Below, piece by piece: positions 19,252-28,652 of a stretch of DNA of 64,000 bases; positions within the stretch are counted from its first letter, which is position 1, and each line of letters opens with the position of its first letter. The DNA lies in contig JBAZMS010000001.1 in assembly GCA_041649555.1 (NCBI GenBank), forward strand, positions 11,122-75,121. The letters run 5' to 3'. The stretch is from Candidatus Micrarchaeia archaeon (GTDB lineage Archaea; Micrarchaeota; Micrarchaeia; Anstonellales; Bilamarchaeaceae). A model generated the notes under the pieces. It worked only from the letters and a program-made list of their open reading frames with translations, had not been told where the DNA came from and made no database searches. Position numbers and translations under genes: made by a program.

Positions 19252-19488
19252 TTATAATTCCTCAATATATTTGGTCTGAAGTTTATAAACTTCAATATCT
19301 GGTTTAAATGAGACAAAAAAATTATCTATGATTGATTCTAATTCTAAGGGAACTACGAGAACAGATTTGGTCTTCCAATAGGATTTAATTAAATTTAATT
19401 TGTTGAAATGATAATAAAATCTCCTTTTTAATTTGTTATAATCTTTTGGGTTTTTTGGTCGCAAATCATAAAAATAAACAAAAAACAT
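19252..19488 (-). CDS. Stand-alone Cas2/VapD-like small protein
   Basis: 78 aa; MFFVYFYDL strand ending in Asp, later KSVLVV. Confidence 0.55.
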   Translation of the reverse strand: MFFVYFYDLRPKNPKDYNKLKRRFYYHFNKLNLIKSYWKTKSVLVVPLELESIIDNFFVSFKPDIEVYKLQTKYIEEL

Positions 19489-19516
19489 AAAATAAATATA
19501 AACAATAAATTATATA

Positions 19517-19536
19517 AATGTAACTATGGTTACATT
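19517..19536. promoter_or_regulatory. Palindrome AATGTAAC-N4-GTTACATT beside a TATA box
   Basis: Perfect 8-bp arms in the divergent intergenic region. Confidence 0.6.
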
Positions 19537-19660
19537 AATCTTCAATCACAAAAAATAAAATAATGTTGTTTTATTTGTGGAACAACACCCCCTACTATTT
19601 ATATTCTTTGTATACCTCCAATCTATCTATTTTTATTTTTTCTTAGTTATATTTCTTTTA

Positions 19661-21145
19661 ATGATCACCACACCAAGGGAATATCAAATAAATATTTATA
19701 CTTCTATTCTCAGGCATGGAAATACCTTAGTGGTTCTTCCCACTGGCCTTGGCAAAACCCTTATCGCATTAATGCTTATTGAAAAAAAATACCCAACTGG
19801 AAAATGTCTTTTTTTATCTCCAACAAAACCATTAACAGAGCAGCACCATACTTCTATTATTCGGGAGTTTGGCGATTTGAAAGGCAATGTAACTATAGTT
19901 ACAGGGGCAACCCCCCAAACCAGGAGAAAAACTGAATATGAGAAAAAAATAATAGTTGCAACCCCCCAAACAATAAGAAACGACATCACAACAGGCCTTA
20001 TCGATCCTTCTTTGTTTTCGTTGGTTATTTTTGATGAAGCCCATAGGGCAATAGGGGAATATTCATATACTCAAATCTCAAAAAAATTGCAAAAAGAAAC
20101 ACTAATTGTGGGTCTTACTGCATCCCCTGGAGGAAAAAAAGAGCACATCCAGAAAGTTTTGGATAATCTTAATATCTCTAATATTGAATTAAGGATATCT
20201 TCAGATGGTGATGTTGCCCCATACACACACAAAACGAGCATTTTTTGGGAATTTGTAACCCTGCCCCCCAAATACCTCTTGTTAAAATCCGAATTAGATT
20301 GCCTGATTCAAAAATATTCAAGAACACTTTCTCTTTTTGGATTTAGGCCCATGTTAAAATCAAAAACCCTTTTTTTACAAATGCGGGACAGGATTCTAAA
20401 ATCAAAAACCAATAAGAAATACCTTATTTTGATGTATTATTCGGTGCTGCTCAATCTCCTCCACATGGCCGAACTTTTAGAAACCCAGTCAATTGCAACC
20501 CTTCAAAAGTACATAAAAAAAATATCAGAGCGGGAAAACAAATCCTCTAAAATAATTTTAAACAACCAGACAATAGCAAGGATATTAAAAGAAGATGCCA
20601 CTCCCCATCCCAAATTAATACTCTTAACTGAGATCATAGGGAAACTTTCAGATTCTAAAAAAAGGGCAATTATTTTTGCCCAATACCGGGACCAAGTCAA
20701 ACAAATTGCAGACCACCTTGTATTGAATGGTTTTTTGGCAAGAGAATTTATGGGAAAAAAAGATAGCTACACAAGAAAAACACAGGAAGAAACAATAAGG
20801 GAATTTGTTGAGGGAAAGTTTGATTTCCTCTGCTCTTCATCAATAGGAGAAGAAGGCCTTGATATTCCAAGTGTTGATGCAGTTATTTTTTATGAGCCAA
20901 TACCAAGTGAAATAAGATCAATCCAGAGAAGAGGGCGAACAGGAAGGTTTTCCAAAGGCCAGGTGTATATATTAATAACTAAAAACACCAGAGATGAATA
21001 TTTTTATTGGGCTTCAGTGAATCGTGAAAAGAAAATGAAATCTATTTTAGGTACCATTGATAAGAAATCTGCGGCCGGAGATGAAAAAACAAGCGGACTG
21101 CGGCCTGGGAAAAAACTTGGCCAGACAAAACTCGATTTTTTTTGA
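19661..21145 (+). CDS. Hef/FANCM-like SF2 helicase without ERCC4 nuclease domain
   Basis: PREYQ, PTGLGKT, DEAH, TAS, EEGLDI, QRRGRTGR; C-terminal PIP-like QTKLDFF. Confidence 0.88.
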   Translation: MITTPREYQINIYTSILRHGNTLVVLPTGLGKTLIALMLIEKKYPTGKCLFLSPTKPLTEQHHTSIIREFGDLKGNVTIVTGATPQTRRKTEYEKKIIVATPQTIRNDITTGLIDPSLFSLVIFDEAHRAIGEYSYTQISKKLQKETLIVGLTASPGGKKEHIQKVLDNLNISNIELRISSDGDVAPYTHKTSIFWEFVTLPPKYLLLKSELDCLIQKYSRTLSLFGFRPMLKSKTLFLQMRDRILKSKTNKKYLILMYYSVLLNLLHMAELLETQSIATLQKYIKKISERENKSSKIILNNQTIARILKEDATPHPKLILLTEIIGKLSDSKKRAIIFAQYRDQVKQIADHLVLNGFLAREFMGKKDSYTRKTQEETIREFVEGKFDFLCSSSIGEEGLDIPSVDAVIFYEPIPSEIRSIQRRGRTGRFSKGQVYILITKNTRDEYFYWASVNREKKMKSILGTIDKKSAAGDEKTSGLRPGKKLGQTKLDFF

Positions 21146-21241
21146 CAACACCCTGCATATTATTTTAGGTGGCCAGCCAAAATAACAACTACTCTTTTTT
21201 TGGTAGCCACAATTTAAATAGTATTTTAACATATCATTACC

Positions 21242-21883
21242 ATGGAAAAACTATTGAAAAAAACCCTCCTTTCAAATAAACCACTTCTCTTATACGATGG
21301 GGATGGAAGGGAGAAGGAAACAGACATCATTTTTTATCCAAAAAACATAACCTACAAGGAAGTTCAATTCCTTAGAAAAAACGCAGGGGGGCTTTTATGC
21401 ATTGCAGTATCAGAAGAGTTATCCAACACCCTCAATCTTCCATTTATTTCAGATCTCCTGCCAGAAAATTGCAGAAAACTAAAAATTCGAAAAACCCCCT
21501 ATGGAGACAAGCCGGCATTTTCAATATCTATAAATCATAGGAAAACCTTTACAGGCATTACTGATACCGACCGGGCAAAAACAATTTTCTCTTTTTTTAA
21601 AGTTGCAAAATCAAAGAGCAGGAAAAAGTTTCTGGATAATTTTTATTCCCCTGGCCATATCTTTCTGCTTAGGGCCGCCAACCCTTCAAAAAGGTGCGGC
21701 CATACCGAACTTTCCACTCTTCTTTTCTCAAAAATTGGCCTAACTCCTGTTGCAGTTCTTTGTGAAATGCTTGCAGATAATGGAAAAGCACTAGATCCGG
21801 GGAGTGCAAAAAGATTTGCAAAAAAACACAATCTTTTGTTTCTAAAAAAAGAGGATGTCTTAATGCTTGGTGAGAAAAAATGA
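21242..21883 (+). CDS. ribB: 3,4-dihydroxy-2-butanone 4-phosphate synthase
   Basis: YDGDGREKETD, TGITDTDRA, PGH, GHTE, CEM. Confidence 0.9.
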   Translation: MEKLLKKTLLSNKPLLLYDGDGREKETDIIFYPKNITYKEVQFLRKNAGGLLCIAVSEELSNTLNLPFISDLLPENCRKLKIRKTPYGDKPAFSISINHRKTFTGITDTDRAKTIFSFFKVAKSKSRKKFLDNFYSPGHIFLLRAANPSKRCGHTELSTLLFSKIGLTPVAVLCEMLADNGKALDPGSAKRFAKKHNLLFLKKEDVLMLGEKK

Positions 21884-22341
21884 AACTTGGAATTTGCGAT
21901 ACTACTTTTGCAAGATGCGATATGGCCCAATTTGCAATCTCAATTATAAATTCAAATTATTCAAATGTAAGAATAATAAGAAAAACAGTTCCTGGAGTAA
22001 AAGATCTCCCGCTTGCCTGCAAACTTCTTTTAGAAAAAGAAAGCTGTGAGATATGTCTTGCGCTTGGAATGCCCGGTCCAAAAGAAATAGATCGGCAATG
22101 CGCGCATGAAGCATCAGCAGGCCTGATACAAACACAGCTGATGGCAAACAAACCAATAATTGAGGTTTTTGTTTATGAAAACGAAGCAACAAACCCAAAA
22201 GAATTATTTAAAGTATGCAAAAACAGGACTGAAAAGCATACCTTAAATGCAGTAAGAATGATACAAGACCCTGAATGGTTTATAAAAAACTCCGGCAAAG
22301 GACTGCGCCAGGGTTTTGTTGATGCAGGTCCGTTAATTTAA
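21880..22341 (+). CDS. ribC: Archaeal riboflavin synthase
   Basis: DTTFAR, TVPGVKDLP, GKGLRQG. Confidence 0.92.
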   Translation: MKLGICDTTFARCDMAQFAISIINSNYSNVRIIRKTVPGVKDLPLACKLLLEKESCEICLALGMPGPKEIDRQCAHEASAGLIQTQLMANKPIIEVFVYENEATNPKELFKVCKNRTEKHTLNAVRMIQDPEWFIKNSGKGLRQGFVDAGPLI

Positions 22342-22359
22342 TATTTATGAGGTGATTTT

Positions 22360-22764
22360 ATGGAAATAGGATTGGTTGTATGTGAATTTAATGCAGATAT
22401 AACAAAACCAATGGAGGAGAGGGCAAAGGCCCATGCACAATTTTTAGGGGCAAAAATTGGAAAAATATTTTATGTGCCCGGCGCATTTGATTCTCCGATT
22501 GCAGTGCAAAACCTTTTGGAAAAAGAAAATATAGATGCAGTTGTCGTTCTTGGCGCAGTTTTAGAAGGAGATACTGACCATGATTTAATTGTTGCCCAGC
22601 ACGCTTCAAGAAAACTGATGGATCTTTCATTGCAATTCAAAAAACCCGTCACACTTGGAATTTCAGGGCCAAAAATGACCCGGTTGCAGGCACAGGAAAG
22701 AATTGATGATTATGCAAAAAGGGCTGTCGAGGGAGCAGTAAAACTTTTGAAAAGACTGGAGTGA
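22360..22764 (+). CDS. ribH: Lumazine synthase
   Basis: EFN, VPGAFD, GDTDHD, KPVTLGISGP. Confidence 0.93.
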   Translation: MEIGLVVCEFNADITKPMEERAKAHAQFLGAKIGKIFYVPGAFDSPIAVQNLLEKENIDAVVVLGAVLEGDTDHDLIVAQHASRKLMDLSLQFKKPVTLGISGPKMTRLQAQERIDDYAKRAVEGAVKLLKRLE

Positions 22765-22773
22765 AAAATAAAA

Positions 22774-23340
22774 ATGGAAAAAATTCCTTCTGCAAAATTT
22801 CCAACAGAGTTTGGAGAATTTAGGATTTATTCTTTTTCAGATGATTTAATAGTTCTCTCATTAGGAGAGGTATTTGAAAAAAAAGAACTGCTTGTAAGGG
22901 TTCATTCCCAATGTTTTACAGGGGATGTTTTTCAGTCAAAACGGTGTGATTGCCATTTGCAGCTTTTTTCTTCCCTTGAAATGATTTCTCTGGAAAATAG
23001 CGGAATGTTAATTTATCTTCGAAACCACGAGGGAAGGGGGATAGGCCTTAAAAATAAGATAAAAGCATACTCTCTTCAAGATGAGGGTTTAGACACCATA
23101 GAGGCAAATCACCAGCTTGGTTTTCCAACAGATGCAAGAGAATACGACCAGATAAAGGCTGTTTTTGAATATTTTAAAATAACTTCAATACAGCTCATAA
23201 CCAATAATCCTGACAAAATAGCGAAAATAAAAAAAAATGGCATATCAATTACCCAACGCATTCCTCTTATCATCAAACCAAACGAATTCAATTCCAAATA
23301 CCTGAAAGATAAAAAAGAGAAAATGGGCCACCTATTATGA
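22774..23340 (+). CDS. ribA: GTP cyclohydrolase II
   Basis: RVHSQCFTGD, RCDC, EGRGIGL, TNNPDK. Confidence 0.93.
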   Translation: MEKIPSAKFPTEFGEFRIYSFSDDLIVLSLGEVFEKKELLVRVHSQCFTGDVFQSKRCDCHLQLFSSLEMISLENSGMLIYLRNHEGRGIGLKNKIKAYSLQDEGLDTIEANHQLGFPTDAREYDQIKAVFEYFKITSIQLITNNPDKIAKIKKNGISITQRIPLIIKPNEFNSKYLKDKKEKMGHLL

Positions 23341-24422
23341 CTTCCAAGAAAATTTGCGACCATTGTTTTATGTCTATTGCACTATCTCTTGCAAAAAACG
23401 GCAGCCCGTCTCCGAATCCATATGTAGGCGCGGTCATAGTAAAAAACGGAAAAATAATAGGAAAAGGATTTCATGAAAAATCCGGCAGCCCCCATGCTGA
23501 AATAAATGCAATAAATTCAGTAAAAAACAAAAAAGAGATAAAAAACTCCACTCTTTATACCACACTAGAGCCCTGTTCCCATTTTGGAAAGACGCCCCCA
23601 TGCACTGATGCAATATTAAAATCCGGAATAAAAAGAGTGGTATTTGCATCAAGGGACCCGACAAAAAAAGTTTGCGGAGAAGAGATACTAAAAAAATCCG
23701 GAATAAAAATCACATCCGGGATTTTGGAAAAAAAATCCAAAAAACTAAATGAGGTTTTTTATTACTTTTCAGAAAAAAAATCTCCTTTCATTGCACTCAA
23801 GGCCGCCTCATCAAAAAATTCAAAAATAGGGATTTATGGAAAAAAAACAAAAATAACCGGAAGGAAAGCTGTTTTCTTTTCACACATCCTCCGCTCAAAA
23901 TACGATTCCATATTGGTTGGAATAAACACAATTCTTTCTGACGATCCTCTCCTGACTACGAGGATAAAAAACAAGAAAAGCCCGATAAAAATTATTCTTG
24001 ATTCAAAACTTATAATTCCCCTCTCTGCAAATGTATTGAAGGATAAAAACACCATAATCGCAACCACCTCTAGTGCCAGCAGAAACAAAAAAAACATATT
24101 GCAAAAATCAGGAATCAGAGTTGTTGTTTCCGGGCGCAAAAAAATAAATCTTAAAAAGCTCCTTGGCATTCTTGCAAAATCCACAATAACATCAATTCTT
24201 GTTGAAGGAGGAACAAAAGTCCATACTTCTTTTCTAAAATCCAAATCAGTAAATAAAATCTATCTATTCAAATCTAAAACAATTCTCAACGGAGAGACAA
24301 TCCCCCTATTTGAAAAGAAATACCTTTCAGATTTTATGCTAAAAGAAAAAAGGCCTTTGGGAAAAGATTCCCTCAATATATTTGAACGAAAAAACAAAAA
24401 AATCGCCCCAACAATAATTTAA
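23337..24422 (+). CDS. ribD: Bifunctional deaminase/reductase RibD
   Basis: PNPYVGAV, HAE, TLEPCSHFGKTPPC, DDPLLT, VEGG. Confidence 0.92.
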   Translation: MTSKKICDHCFMSIALSLAKNGSPSPNPYVGAVIVKNGKIIGKGFHEKSGSPHAEINAINSVKNKKEIKNSTLYTTLEPCSHFGKTPPCTDAILKSGIKRVVFASRDPTKKVCGEEILKKSGIKITSGILEKKSKKLNEVFYYFSEKKSPFIALKAASSKNSKIGIYGKKTKITGRKAVFFSHILRSKYDSILVGINTILSDDPLLTTRIKNKKSPIKIILDSKLIIPLSANVLKDKNTIIATTSSASRNKKNILQKSGIRVVVSGRKKINLKKLLGILAKSTITSILVEGGTKVHTSFLKSKSVNKIYLFKSKTILNGETIPLFEKKYLSDFMLKEKRPLGKDSLNIFERKNKKIAPTII

Positions 24423-24448
24423 AGAACTTTCACATAAATCTTAATATT

Positions 24449-25543
24449 ATGAGATCTGAACTTTTGGAACATGCAATAAAAGATAAGGATATTATTCTTG
24501 TTGCCCAGATTGCCCCGGCAGTACGGGTAAGTTTGGGGGAGTTTTTTGGAAAAGAACCAGGTACAATAATGACTAAAAAGATTGTTTTTGCCCTAAAAAA
24601 GATCGGGTTTGATTATGTTTTTGACACTAGTTTTGGGGCAGATGTTGCAGTAATGGAGGAGTGTTTTGAATTCGAAAAAAGGCTAAAAAACAACGGTCCG
24701 TTTCCAATGATTAATTCCTGTTGCCCCGGAACCGTTTCCTTTATAGAGCATTCTTATCCGGAATTAATCCCCCATGTTGCAACAGTAAAAAGCCCTATGG
24801 AAATTTTAGGTTCTCTTATAAAAACTGCCTTTGCAAAAGAAAAAAAAATCCCCCCTGAAAAAATCTGTTCAGTTGCAATAATGCCCTGTGTTATAAAAAA
24901 GGCAGAAGCCCTTAGGCCGGAATTAAGAATGAATGGAAAATTAGTAATAGATGGAGTCCTGACAACAAAAGAGCTTGGTGAAATTCTCAAAGACAAACAT
25001 ATTGATCTCGAAAACTGCAAAGATGCAGAATTTGATTCAATGTTTGGAACTGCCTCAGGAGGAGGGATTATTTTTGGCTCAAGCGGAGGTGTTTGCGAGG
25101 CAAGCCTGAGAAAATATGCATCATTACACAAAATCCCTCTTGAGAAAATTGAAACAACAAAATTGCGCGGTTCTGAAGGAGTGCGTGAAGTAACCTTCAA
25201 TTTTAATGGAGAAAAAATCAAAATAGCCATTATAAACTCTCTTAGAAATGCAAGCCCATTGCTTAACGATTCCAAGAAAAGGGCGCAATTCCATTTTATA
25301 GAGGTGATGGCCTGTCTTGGCGGATGTGTTGGGGGCGCAGGCCAGCCTGTTTCAACAATAGGGGCAATAGAAAAAAGAAGAAAAGGGCTATATCAAATTG
25401 ATTCAAATTCAAAAATAAAAATTTCAAATGAAAATCCAGAAATAATCCAGCTTTATTCCAAATACCTTGGACGCCCAGGTAGCGAAACTGCAATCAAAAT
25501 CCTTCATACCAAATTTGATAAAATATGTACGGACTGTTTTTAG
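24449..25543 (+). CDS. hydA: Minimal [FeFe]-hydrogenase (H-cluster domain only)
   Basis: L1 NSCCPG, L2 MPCVIKKAE, L3 EVMACLGGCVGGAGQP; APAVRV; small-subunit-like C-terminus. Confidence 0.92.
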   Translation: MRSELLEHAIKDKDIILVAQIAPAVRVSLGEFFGKEPGTIMTKKIVFALKKIGFDYVFDTSFGADVAVMEECFEFEKRLKNNGPFPMINSCCPGTVSFIEHSYPELIPHVATVKSPMEILGSLIKTAFAKEKKIPPEKICSVAIMPCVIKKAEALRPELRMNGKLVIDGVLTTKELGEILKDKHIDLENCKDAEFDSMFGTASGGGIIFGSSGGVCEASLRKYASLHKIPLEKIETTKLRGSEGVREVTFNFNGEKIKIAIINSLRNASPLLNDSKKRAQFHFIEVMACLGGCVGGAGQPVSTIGAIEKRRKGLYQIDSNSKIKISNENPEIIQLYSKYLGRPGSETAIKILHTKFDKICTDCF

Positions 25544-26097
25544 ATAAAAAATGTAATGCAACGGGGGCATGCTCAAAATGTCAGGCCAATTGCTGTAAGA
25601 GTTATCTTATCGCGCTTACTTCTTTTGATTTGAGGAGAATATATAAAAAAACCAATTCTCTCGATTTTTTTACAACAATAAATGCAGATAATTTTGATAC
25701 ATGCCTTGCCCAGAGTTTTATTCTTTTTGAAAAGGATGCACCAAAAGAATACTTTTTGGTGCTTTCAAGAAAGAAAAACGGATCTTGCATTTTTCTTGGA
25801 AAGGATAATCTCTGCGCAATATATAATGAACGGCCGATTGTCTGCAGAATCTATCCCTTTAGATACAGAAATGAAAAAATACTCTACAAAGATAAAATAA
25901 AGTGCCCTGCAGAATGGGAAATAACCCCAAAAATAAAAGAAGAATTTTTAAAAGCACATAAAATGCAATTGGAAGAATTAAAATCATTTGGGGCGCGCTG
26001 CAGGGAATGGAATGCCAACCATTCCAAAACCGGAAATTTGGAATTGTTTTTAAAATTTATTTTGCAGCAGCCAAAAAATAAAAAAACGAACATATAA
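25525..26097 (+). CDS. YkgJ-family cysteine-cluster (Fe-S/Zn) protein
   Basis: CxxCxxxCC, CIFL, CAIYNERPIVCRIYPF. Confidence 0.88.
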   Translation: MYGLFLDKKCNATGACSKCQANCCKSYLIALTSFDLRRIYKKTNSLDFFTTINADNFDTCLAQSFILFEKDAPKEYFLVLSRKKNGSCIFLGKDNLCAIYNERPIVCRIYPFRYRNEKILYKDKIKCPAEWEITPKIKEEFLKAHKMQLEELKSFGARCREWNANHSKTGNLELFLKFILQQPKNKKTNI

Positions 26098-26120
26098 ATA
26101 TAATTTAGATAAATTATTTT

Positions 26121-27077
26121 ATGGCATTAATTTCCCTGATAATTTTAATTGTTTCACTTGCAGTACTTTCAAAGTCAGCAAGCATTGCTGTGGACAATGC
26201 CTCAAAAATAGCAAATTATTTTAGAATCAGTTCGCTTGCAGTCGGTTTTTTGCTCATTTCTCTTTCAACCACTCTCCCAGAACTTTCAGTTTCAGTAATC
26301 TCATCAATCTCAGGGGACGGGGCTCTTGCAGCCGGCAATGCCTTTGGTTCAGTAATTGCAAACATTCTTTTGGTTTTAGGGCTTGGAGCATTTTTTTACA
26401 GCTTTAAAATAAGCAATGAAAATTCAAAAGATATTGCATTGGTTCTTTTAATTACTGCACTAGTATCTCTGTATGTGATGTTTATCACCTCTGTAAGAAA
26501 AGATGCCCTTGGGGTTTTTGAAGGGGCCGTCCTTTTGGTCTCTTATTTAATCTATATTTTTTATATTTTTAAATCCAAAAAAACTGATGGCACAGAAAAG
26601 GTGTATGTTGAAAAAAAAGAAGTGTCTCCTGCCTTTCTTTATTTTCTTATTTCCATTATTATTGTTCTTGTAAGTTCCGGGTTTGTCGTAAGTTCTGCAA
26701 TAGAAATAACAGAAATATTTAATCTTACTGAAGGTTTTGTCGGAGCAACAATTATTGCAATCGGTACTTCTCTTCCAGAAGCATCAATTTGTCTGCAGGC
26801 AATAAGAAAAAAAAGATATGGTCTTGCGCTTGGAAATGCCATCGGAGCCAGTGTTGCAAACCTTACACTTGTTTTAGGGATTGCAGCAATAATAAATCCA
26901 ATTTCTCTTATTATGCCTATTTTTGTTGCAACACTTCTTTTTGCAATACTTGCATGCATCCTTCTCCTTTATATCGCCGCTGTAAATAAAAAACTTGGCA
27001 GAATCGGAGGCCTGGGTTTTATTGCAATTTATATAATTTATATCGCATCCATATTCTATCTGCAATTTTTAAGATAA
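26121..27077 (+). CDS. Ca2+/Na+ antiporter (CaCA/YrbG)
   Basis: Alpha repeats STTLPE and GTSLPE, each followed by a GN..G motif. Confidence 0.9.
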   Translation: MALISLIILIVSLAVLSKSASIAVDNASKIANYFRISSLAVGFLLISLSTTLPELSVSVISSISGDGALAAGNAFGSVIANILLVLGLGAFFYSFKISNENSKDIALVLLITALVSLYVMFITSVRKDALGVFEGAVLLVSYLIYIFYIFKSKKTDGTEKVYVEKKEVSPAFLYFLISIIIVLVSSGFVVSSAIEITEIFNLTEGFVGATIIAIGTSLPEASICLQAIRKKRYGLALGNAIGASVANLTLVLGIAAIINPISLIMPIFVATLLFAILACILLLYIAAVNKKLGRIGGLGFIAIYIIYIASIFYLQFLR

Positions 27078-27122
27078 ACTATATATTTTTAAGCAGTCTA
27101 TGATATTGAACAGTTTATATGC

Positions 27123-27222
27123 GGGCCCGTAGCTCAATCTGGATAGAGCTTTCGGCTTCGGAAGCCGACTCCAAATTGCTGGAGAAACCGAAGGGTTGCG
27201 GGTTCAAATCCCGTCGGGCTCG
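27123..27222 (+). tRNA. tRNA-Arg(TCG) with 25-nt intron at 37/38 (27162-27186); CCA not encoded
   Basis: GGGCCCG/CGGGCTC acceptor stem, TTCGG/CCGAA anticodon stem, TTCAAAT T-loop, bulge-helix-bulge (CUUC/GGAG core). Confidence 0.93.
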
Positions 27223-27311
27223 TTGCAGTTTTCTGTTTTCAGTTTTGGGGGCCCGGTTTTAAAGTTTTGCATTAGTTCTATTTTTATTTTTTTCCGATTT
27301 AATCTTAAATC

Positions 27312-28571
27312 ATGAAGAAGGCGTTATCACTTTTAATCCTAGTTTTTTTATTTTCAGGAATTTTTGCAGATACAACCTGCAATACTTCCTATACTGAAGA
27401 ATTAAATATCCGTGCACTAGATGCAAACAGCCGTCCAATGCCAGATGTTACAATAACTTTGAGATACCAGCTTAGTGAGAGCACTGGAAAAGGATATGTG
27501 ACTACAATTCCAAAACCAACAGGCAGTGATGGAATAGCGAAAATAAAAATTCAAAATCTGGAAAACCAAATAGATAAGTTAAAATGCGATATAACAATAA
27601 CTGCAGAATATGATGGAAAAGAGATAAAAAAAACAGTATATGCAGGCTCGCATGAATCATTAATAGACCTTAATATTCCGGCGTATAATCTTATTCTTAC
27701 TATCAAAGATCAAAATAACCAAAAAGTAAACGGGGCAACTGTATCTGTCGGGAATTTTACCAAATATACAAACAATGCCGGCATGGTTGGTTTTAGTGTT
27801 GTTTCCGGAGAAAAATTAGTTCTGGCCTCATATGAGGGCGCAAAAAGAGAAGCAATCATTCCTGTTACCAAGGACACCACCTATGATATCTCTTTTTATG
27901 TATCCAACTTAACCATTAATGTTATTGATGATCAGGGCCGGCCCCTTTCGGCAGCAGCAGAATTTTTTGGAAAAACATATAATTCAACACTTGGAAAAAT
28001 AATAATTTCTGATGTCGGGGTCATAAGTCCGGATATAAATGTTATCTGCAATGGAATAACAAAAACCCCAAAAATAAATCTTGATATTTCAAATGAATAT
28101 ACTGTTATTTTTGATACCACCTCCCCGGAATTAATTTCAATAAAAGATCAGAGAACAGATAAATCAACAAGCCTTATCCTGACAATTATAGATCCTGGGT
28201 CAAATCCTTCAGGAATAAATGAAAATACTCTGGCTGTTAATTATGATTATGGAAACGGATGGAAATATGCAAAAATTTTTCCAAAAGGTTCCGGAGTCTA
28301 CATCGCTGAAATGGATCCGATCAATTTTGATACGATAGTTTTTTTTTCAATTTATGTTGAAGATAAGGAAGGAAATACAATAACTATTCCAGGTCAATAC
28401 GAAATATTTACGACAATTCTTCCAAATGAAAATGGAAACCCCACTGATCCAGAAAAGCCAGATTGGCTATCCGAACTTTTTTTTACTCTTATTTTACCTC
28501 TGTTATTAATTGCTGCAATCCTTTTTGGAGCGTTTTATGCATACTTAAAATTCATTAAAAAAGAGGAGTGA
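27312..28571 (+). CDS. Surface protein with tandem Ig/carboxypeptidase-regulatory-like domains and C-terminal TM
   Basis: Signal peptide; repeated motifs LDANSRP, KDQNNQK, IDDQGRP; C-terminal TM with basic tail. Confidence 0.7.
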   Translation: MKKALSLLILVFLFSGIFADTTCNTSYTEELNIRALDANSRPMPDVTITLRYQLSESTGKGYVTTIPKPTGSDGIAKIKIQNLENQIDKLKCDITITAEYDGKEIKKTVYAGSHESLIDLNIPAYNLILTIKDQNNQKVNGATVSVGNFTKYTNNAGMVGFSVVSGEKLVLASYEGAKREAIIPVTKDTTYDISFYVSNLTINVIDDQGRPLSAAAEFFGKTYNSTLGKIIISDVGVISPDINVICNGITKTPKINLDISNEYTVIFDTTSPELISIKDQRTDKSTSLILTIIDPGSNPSGINENTLAVNYDYGNGWKYAKIFPKGSGVYIAEMDPINFDTIVFFSIYVEDKEGNTITIPGQYEIFTTILPNENGNPTDPEKPDWLSELFFTLILPLLLIAAILFGAFYAYLKFIKKEE

Positions 28572-28652
28572 ACTTATATGGGTTTTAAAGTAAAGCTTTA
28601 TAAATATTAAGTTTCATAATATAAACATATAAAATAACAATAACAAACACAA

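Noticed and set aside
19252..19488. CRISPR-Cas locus
   Set aside because: No cas1, effector genes or repeat-spacer array in the window
21060..21125. GC-rich patch at the helicase 3' end as a second variable region
   Set aside because: No NNC codon run or hairpin; it encodes the linker before the PIP-like motif
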